Shown here: piece after piece, positions 47,141 to 50,291 of the stretch | How positions within the stretch are numbered: position 1 is the first letter of the stretch | How the letters are laid out: each line of letters begins with the position of its first letter | IMG/VR virus record: IMGVR_UViG_3300003877_000002 | Coordinates: 1-50,291 of that record | Strand: one strand, 5' to 3' | DNA from: a virus | Lineage: Duplodnaviria > Caudoviricetes | DNA: 50,291 bases | Notes under the pieces: model-generated | The model's database searches: none | Seen by the model: the letters and a program-made list of their open reading frames with translations, nothing else | What the model was told of the DNA's origin: nothing | Translations under genes and position numbers: made by a program

Positions 47141-47477
47141 AAGTAAGTACCTTTAAAAATAAATTATATTTAATAGCTAAATCGATCATGTGTTTTGTTC
47201 CTTTAGATTTACCATCCCAAAAAGCTAACAGTCCCTCTGCCTGCTTAGCCATTTGCTCATTTCTTATATACCCTGCTGGTTTGCCATATTTATCCCAATT
47301 AGCAGGAAATTCTTTAATTGGTACATCACATTCATTAGCCCATTCTTCTCCAAGATTATCAGCTCCCTTAGCTTTCCTGCTAATAACCTCAGTAATAGGG
47401 GTGGGCCAGCTCTCAGCAACATTAACTAATGTATTATAATCATTAAAGTCTCTACCTCCAGCAATAATTACTTTCAT
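47133..47477 (-). CDS. YspA-like SLOG family protein
   Basis: IIAGGRDF, AKGAD, AGYIRNEQM, WDGKSKGT. Confidence 0.88.
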   Translation of the reverse strand: MKVIIAGGRDFNDYNTLVNVAESWPTPITEVISRKAKGADNLGEEWANECDVPIKEFPANWDKYGKPAGYIRNEQMAKQAEGLLAFWDGKSKGTKHMIDLAIKYNLFLKVLTYE

Positions 47478-49375
47478 TATACTTCACACGAGTTAGCTGT
47501 ACAAGCTAATTCCTTCATTGCAGTTGTCATATCTTCTTCCTCAGTACTAAGGTTCCAGTCTATCTCTTCTGGCATCTTAGCTAATAGTTCATTGTATTCT
47601 TCTTCAGTTATTTCCTGATAGGGTGCCTGCTTATAAGAATGGTTTGAGTGTGGTAGGAAGCTAACTCCACTACACATATCAAAGTTCTCATATACCCACG
47701 CACCTACTTCCATCCATTCCTCTTCCTTAACATAGACAGTGATACTTGGCTTATGTTCACAATAATACTTAGCATACACCTTCCATAACTCCAACTGTTC
47801 TATAGCATTCCTATCATCTCGATACACACTATTCTCTGGACTCTTAATAGGAAAAGAGAATATATAGGTACTATTAGGTTTAGTTACATCATCTTCAACT
47901 GGTACACCACTCTCAAGTAAAACTTGGCTTACTGGATCCTTTTTGTCAGCACGTACAGTCCTAACGTAATAGGGGCTGTACCGAGGATGAATCCCGCTAG
48001 CACTGTTAACAAGCTGAGAAACAGTCCCACTAGGCTTAACACAAGTAATAGCAGTAGCAGGATTAATACCGAGTTTATCACTCCATTCTTTATTCGTTTC
48101 AATTGCCACCTCTTTTAATTGTCGTAACCAATCATCACAATCTAGTTCAGACAAGAAGGGATGATCCATTATACCTGTTAAACTCACGCCAAGTAGAGCT
48201 TCCTCCTCAGTATTCTTCTTCCAAGCAGAACTTAAATACCTAAAATCTGTAAGAGTTGCTTGGAGGGTTCCGAGTATTGTTGCAAGTCTGACCTTGTTCT
48301 TAAGGGACTCCAAGGTGTCGTCGGATCGCACAACGACTTCAGAAAGATTGCAGAATTGCTTTGGGCGTAAGATAATTTCAGAGCACGGATTTGTTCCGAA
48401 GTCTGCTGGTTCCCTACGGCCATTTCGTAACGCCGTTTTAATAGCTGCTTCGCGGTTAAAGATCCCCCTCTCTCCGCTTTTACTTTCATATAAAGCACTC
48501 CACTCTTTCATCCAGATACCCATATCAGGCTTTTCAGTATAGCAGACAGAGTTATTAGCTAGGGCTCTCTGCCCATTCTCTTCCCACCAATTACCACTCT
48601 TGGCTACCCGCATTCTCTCATCAGTAAGATTAGAAAGAGAAATGAGAGCAGAGCGACGGACACCTCCTACTACCACGATGTCAGCAACCTTGCACATAAG
48701 ATCATGGCACTCAATGGACGTAAGTTTTCTTCCTCGTGCATTAGTAAATACCTCCACAGTAAAAGTAAATAGGTCTAGTAGTGGCTGAGGGCCACTAGCT
48801 CTACCACCAAAGGTCTTCAGAGGAGCTCCAGCAGGACGTATCTTAGAGACATCCCACTGTGGTACTTGTCCTGAGTAGAGCAGAGAGATGAGCTCACGAT
48901 AGGCCCTAGCCCACCCAATTTTACTATCCGCTACCTTAATTACTGTATCTGTAGGTTCCATTTCTTCAGCGATCTCAGGTAGTTTATTAATGTACTGACG
49001 TTCCACTGAGAAGCCTACACCTGTACCACAGCAGAGGATATAGAGAGTCTCATCAAAAGCTCGTGGTGAATCTACAGCTAGATAAGAGCAATTGAAGCCA
49101 GCTACATTATCACGGTCAAGTGCCTTACCTGCTGTCATCAGAGATCTCATACTTGGCATTACTTCTAGATTTATTATGTGTGACTCAAGATCACCTCTAA
49201 TATTCCCAATCCCAATAGTATTATCAAAATAATCAATATATCTGCGTACTGTTTCATTCCAACTCTCTCTCCTCTTCTCTTCTGGCAACCATCGTGCGTA
49301 GCGACTCTTGTGGATATATTCTGAATAGATGCTGACGGCATCGGAACTCTGTTCCTTATCACTCATTAAAATCAA
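47477..49375 (-). CDS. nrdJ: class II (B12-dependent) ribonucleotide reductase, monomeric RTPR type
   Basis: FNC, GGVRRSA, NPCSEI, CVKPSGTVSQL, terminal C-x4-C; no beta subunit gene; likely start 49366. Confidence 0.93.
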   Translation of the reverse strand: MILMSDKEQSSDAVSIYSEYIHKSRYARWLPEEKRRESWNETVRRYIDYFDNTIGIGNIRGDLESHIINLEVMPSMRSLMTAGKALDRDNVAGFNCSYLAVDSPRAFDETLYILCCGTGVGFSVERQYINKLPEIAEEMEPTDTVIKVADSKIGWARAYRELISLLYSGQVPQWDVSKIRPAGAPLKTFGGRASGPQPLLDLFTFTVEVFTNARGRKLTSIECHDLMCKVADIVVVGGVRRSALISLSNLTDERMRVAKSGNWWEENGQRALANNSVCYTEKPDMGIWMKEWSALYESKSGERGIFNREAAIKTALRNGRREPADFGTNPCSEIILRPKQFCNLSEVVVRSDDTLESLKNKVRLATILGTLQATLTDFRYLSSAWKKNTEEEALLGVSLTGIMDHPFLSELDCDDWLRQLKEVAIETNKEWSDKLGINPATAITCVKPSGTVSQLVNSASGIHPRYSPYYVRTVRADKKDPVSQVLLESGVPVEDDVTKPNSTYIFSFPIKSPENSVYRDDRNAIEQLELWKVYAKYYCEHKPSITVYVKEEEWMEVGAWVYENFDMCSGVSFLPHSNHSYKQAPYQEITEEEYNELLAKMPEEIDWNLSTEEEDMTTAMKELACTANSCEV

Positions 49376-49523
49376 TCTCCTCTACTTCGTCTTGATCGAT
49401 ATGATCATAGGCATTAAATTCTTCAAGCTCGCAGAACTCCATGCCACTACAAGCATTAGTACCTATTCCCATATCTCGGTCTGGATGGTGGCACCACCCA
49501 CAGTCATTATATTTACAGTACAT
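49359..49523 (-). CDS. 54-aa Cys-rich acidic protein (not in ORF track)
   Basis: MYCKYNDCGWCHH...C-x5-C; GAGG RBS; fills the gap exactly. Confidence 0.65.
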   Translation of the reverse strand: MYCKYNDCGWCHHPDRDMGIGTNACSGMEFCELEEFNAYDHIDQDEVEEIDFNE

Positions 49524-49525
49524 AT

Positions 49526-50242
49526 TTAAACCTCTACTACCTTATTAGGATCAAAGTCAAATACTTCTTCATAGTTTACGTAACCACGCTGATTGCTCAC
49601 AACCCTAATCCCATACCTTTTATAATCCACACAGTGATGAGTATGTCCATGTATCCATGTCTTCACCTTACTACCTTCAAAATCAGGAAGTAATTCAGTA
49701 TAGTAGCCAGTATTAAGTATATTTCCTTCTCCATAGCGGGATAAATTTATAGATTGTATTGATGGAGCGTGGTGTGTAATGATTACATCCGCTGTATCCT
49801 TTACACTGGATAAGAAGTTAATAGCTTTCTGGTACTCTAGCAATACATCATTATAGTTAAATAGAACATCACCATTCTTAATATAGTTAGAATCATTCAT
49901 TCCATAGAAAGCTTGGTTTAACATATCTGCCCATAGGGTAGTACCTACAAAAACCTTATCTCTTATGCGTATCCATTCGTTCTGTAGTAAATGACAATTA
50001 GGTGCTAAGTGTTTTCTAAATTCCTGATATAGAACACTAATATCATTGTGGTAAAATTCATGGTTGCCTAAAACCAGTATTACATCATTAAAAGTAGATG
50101 CACATTCATCTAAAAACTCTATTGAATTAGTACCTATATTTATATCACCTGCAAGTACTAGAATATCACCCTTCTTCTCAGGTACTTTCATCTTACCTCC
50201 TGAAAATTCTAAATGCAAATCTGACATATATTGAATTAGCAT
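49526..50242 (-). CDS. calcineurin-like metallophosphoesterase
   Basis: SDLHLE, AGD, GNHE, THHAP, HGHTH, NQRGY. Confidence 0.92.
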   Translation of the reverse strand: MLIQYMSDLHLEFSGGKMKVPEKKGDILVLAGDINIGTNSIEFLDECASTFNDVILVLGNHEFYHNDISVLYQEFRKHLAPNCHLLQNEWIRIRDKVFVGTTLWADMLNQAFYGMNDSNYIKNGDVLFNYNDVLLEYQKAINFLSSVKDTADVIITHHAPSIQSINLSRYGEGNILNTGYYTELLPDFEGSKVKTWIHGHTHHCVDYKRYGIRVVSNQRGYVNYEEVFDFDPNKVVEV

Positions 50243-50291
50243 GTTATACTCTCCTTACCATGATTTTTGTGGTAGTTATATTTATTTTCTG
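50195..50291. repeat. 97-bp terminal direct repeat (copy 2)
   Basis: Identical to 1-97. Confidence 0.95.

Noticed and set aside
403-49529. Many short antisense or nested ORFs in the track (e.g. 5672-5926, 8876-9175, 24725-25147, 26419-26781, 48294-48542)
   Set aside because: Shadow frames of well-supported genes
1-50291. Stop-codon reassignment, introns/inteins, or lysogeny module
   Set aside because: Genes are full-length and densely packed in the standard code; Pol, TerL, helicase and RNR are uninterrupted; no integrase or repressor recognised

Overview
This window is an apparently complete, circularly permuted ~50.2 kb genome of a lytic podovirus-like phage. Bases 1-97 are identical to 50195-50291, most likely an assembly overlap. 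Two arms diverge from a ~1 kb non-coding control region (23517-24542) and converge near 46.5 kb. The minus-strand arm carries small early genes, a phiEco32/LUZ24-type amidoligase cluster, RtcB, primase, an RlmN/Cfr-like radical SAM enzyme, helicase, PolA, an adenine methylase, nucleases, phosphoesterases, a class II RNR, a SLOG protein and an endolysin. The plus-strand arm carries TerS, three tRNA or tRNA-like genes, basic proteins, TerL, portal, GroES, scaffold, capsid, P22-like tail and ejection proteins, and holins. No RNA polymerase, sigma factor or integrase is recognisable. The least explained signals are: (1) seven intergenic hairpins with unrelated stems but the same TGAAG loop; (2) a tight cluster of sigma54-type -24/-12 boxes near the probable genome end; (3) twin ECF-type promoters and an FNR-like box; (4) an RlmN-like enzyme lacking the resolving cysteine; (5) an apparently obligatory AUU start; (6) a D-armless tRNA-Trp-like gene; (7) strong CCWGG avoidance. 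All functional calls come from motifs recognised by eye; no searches were run.
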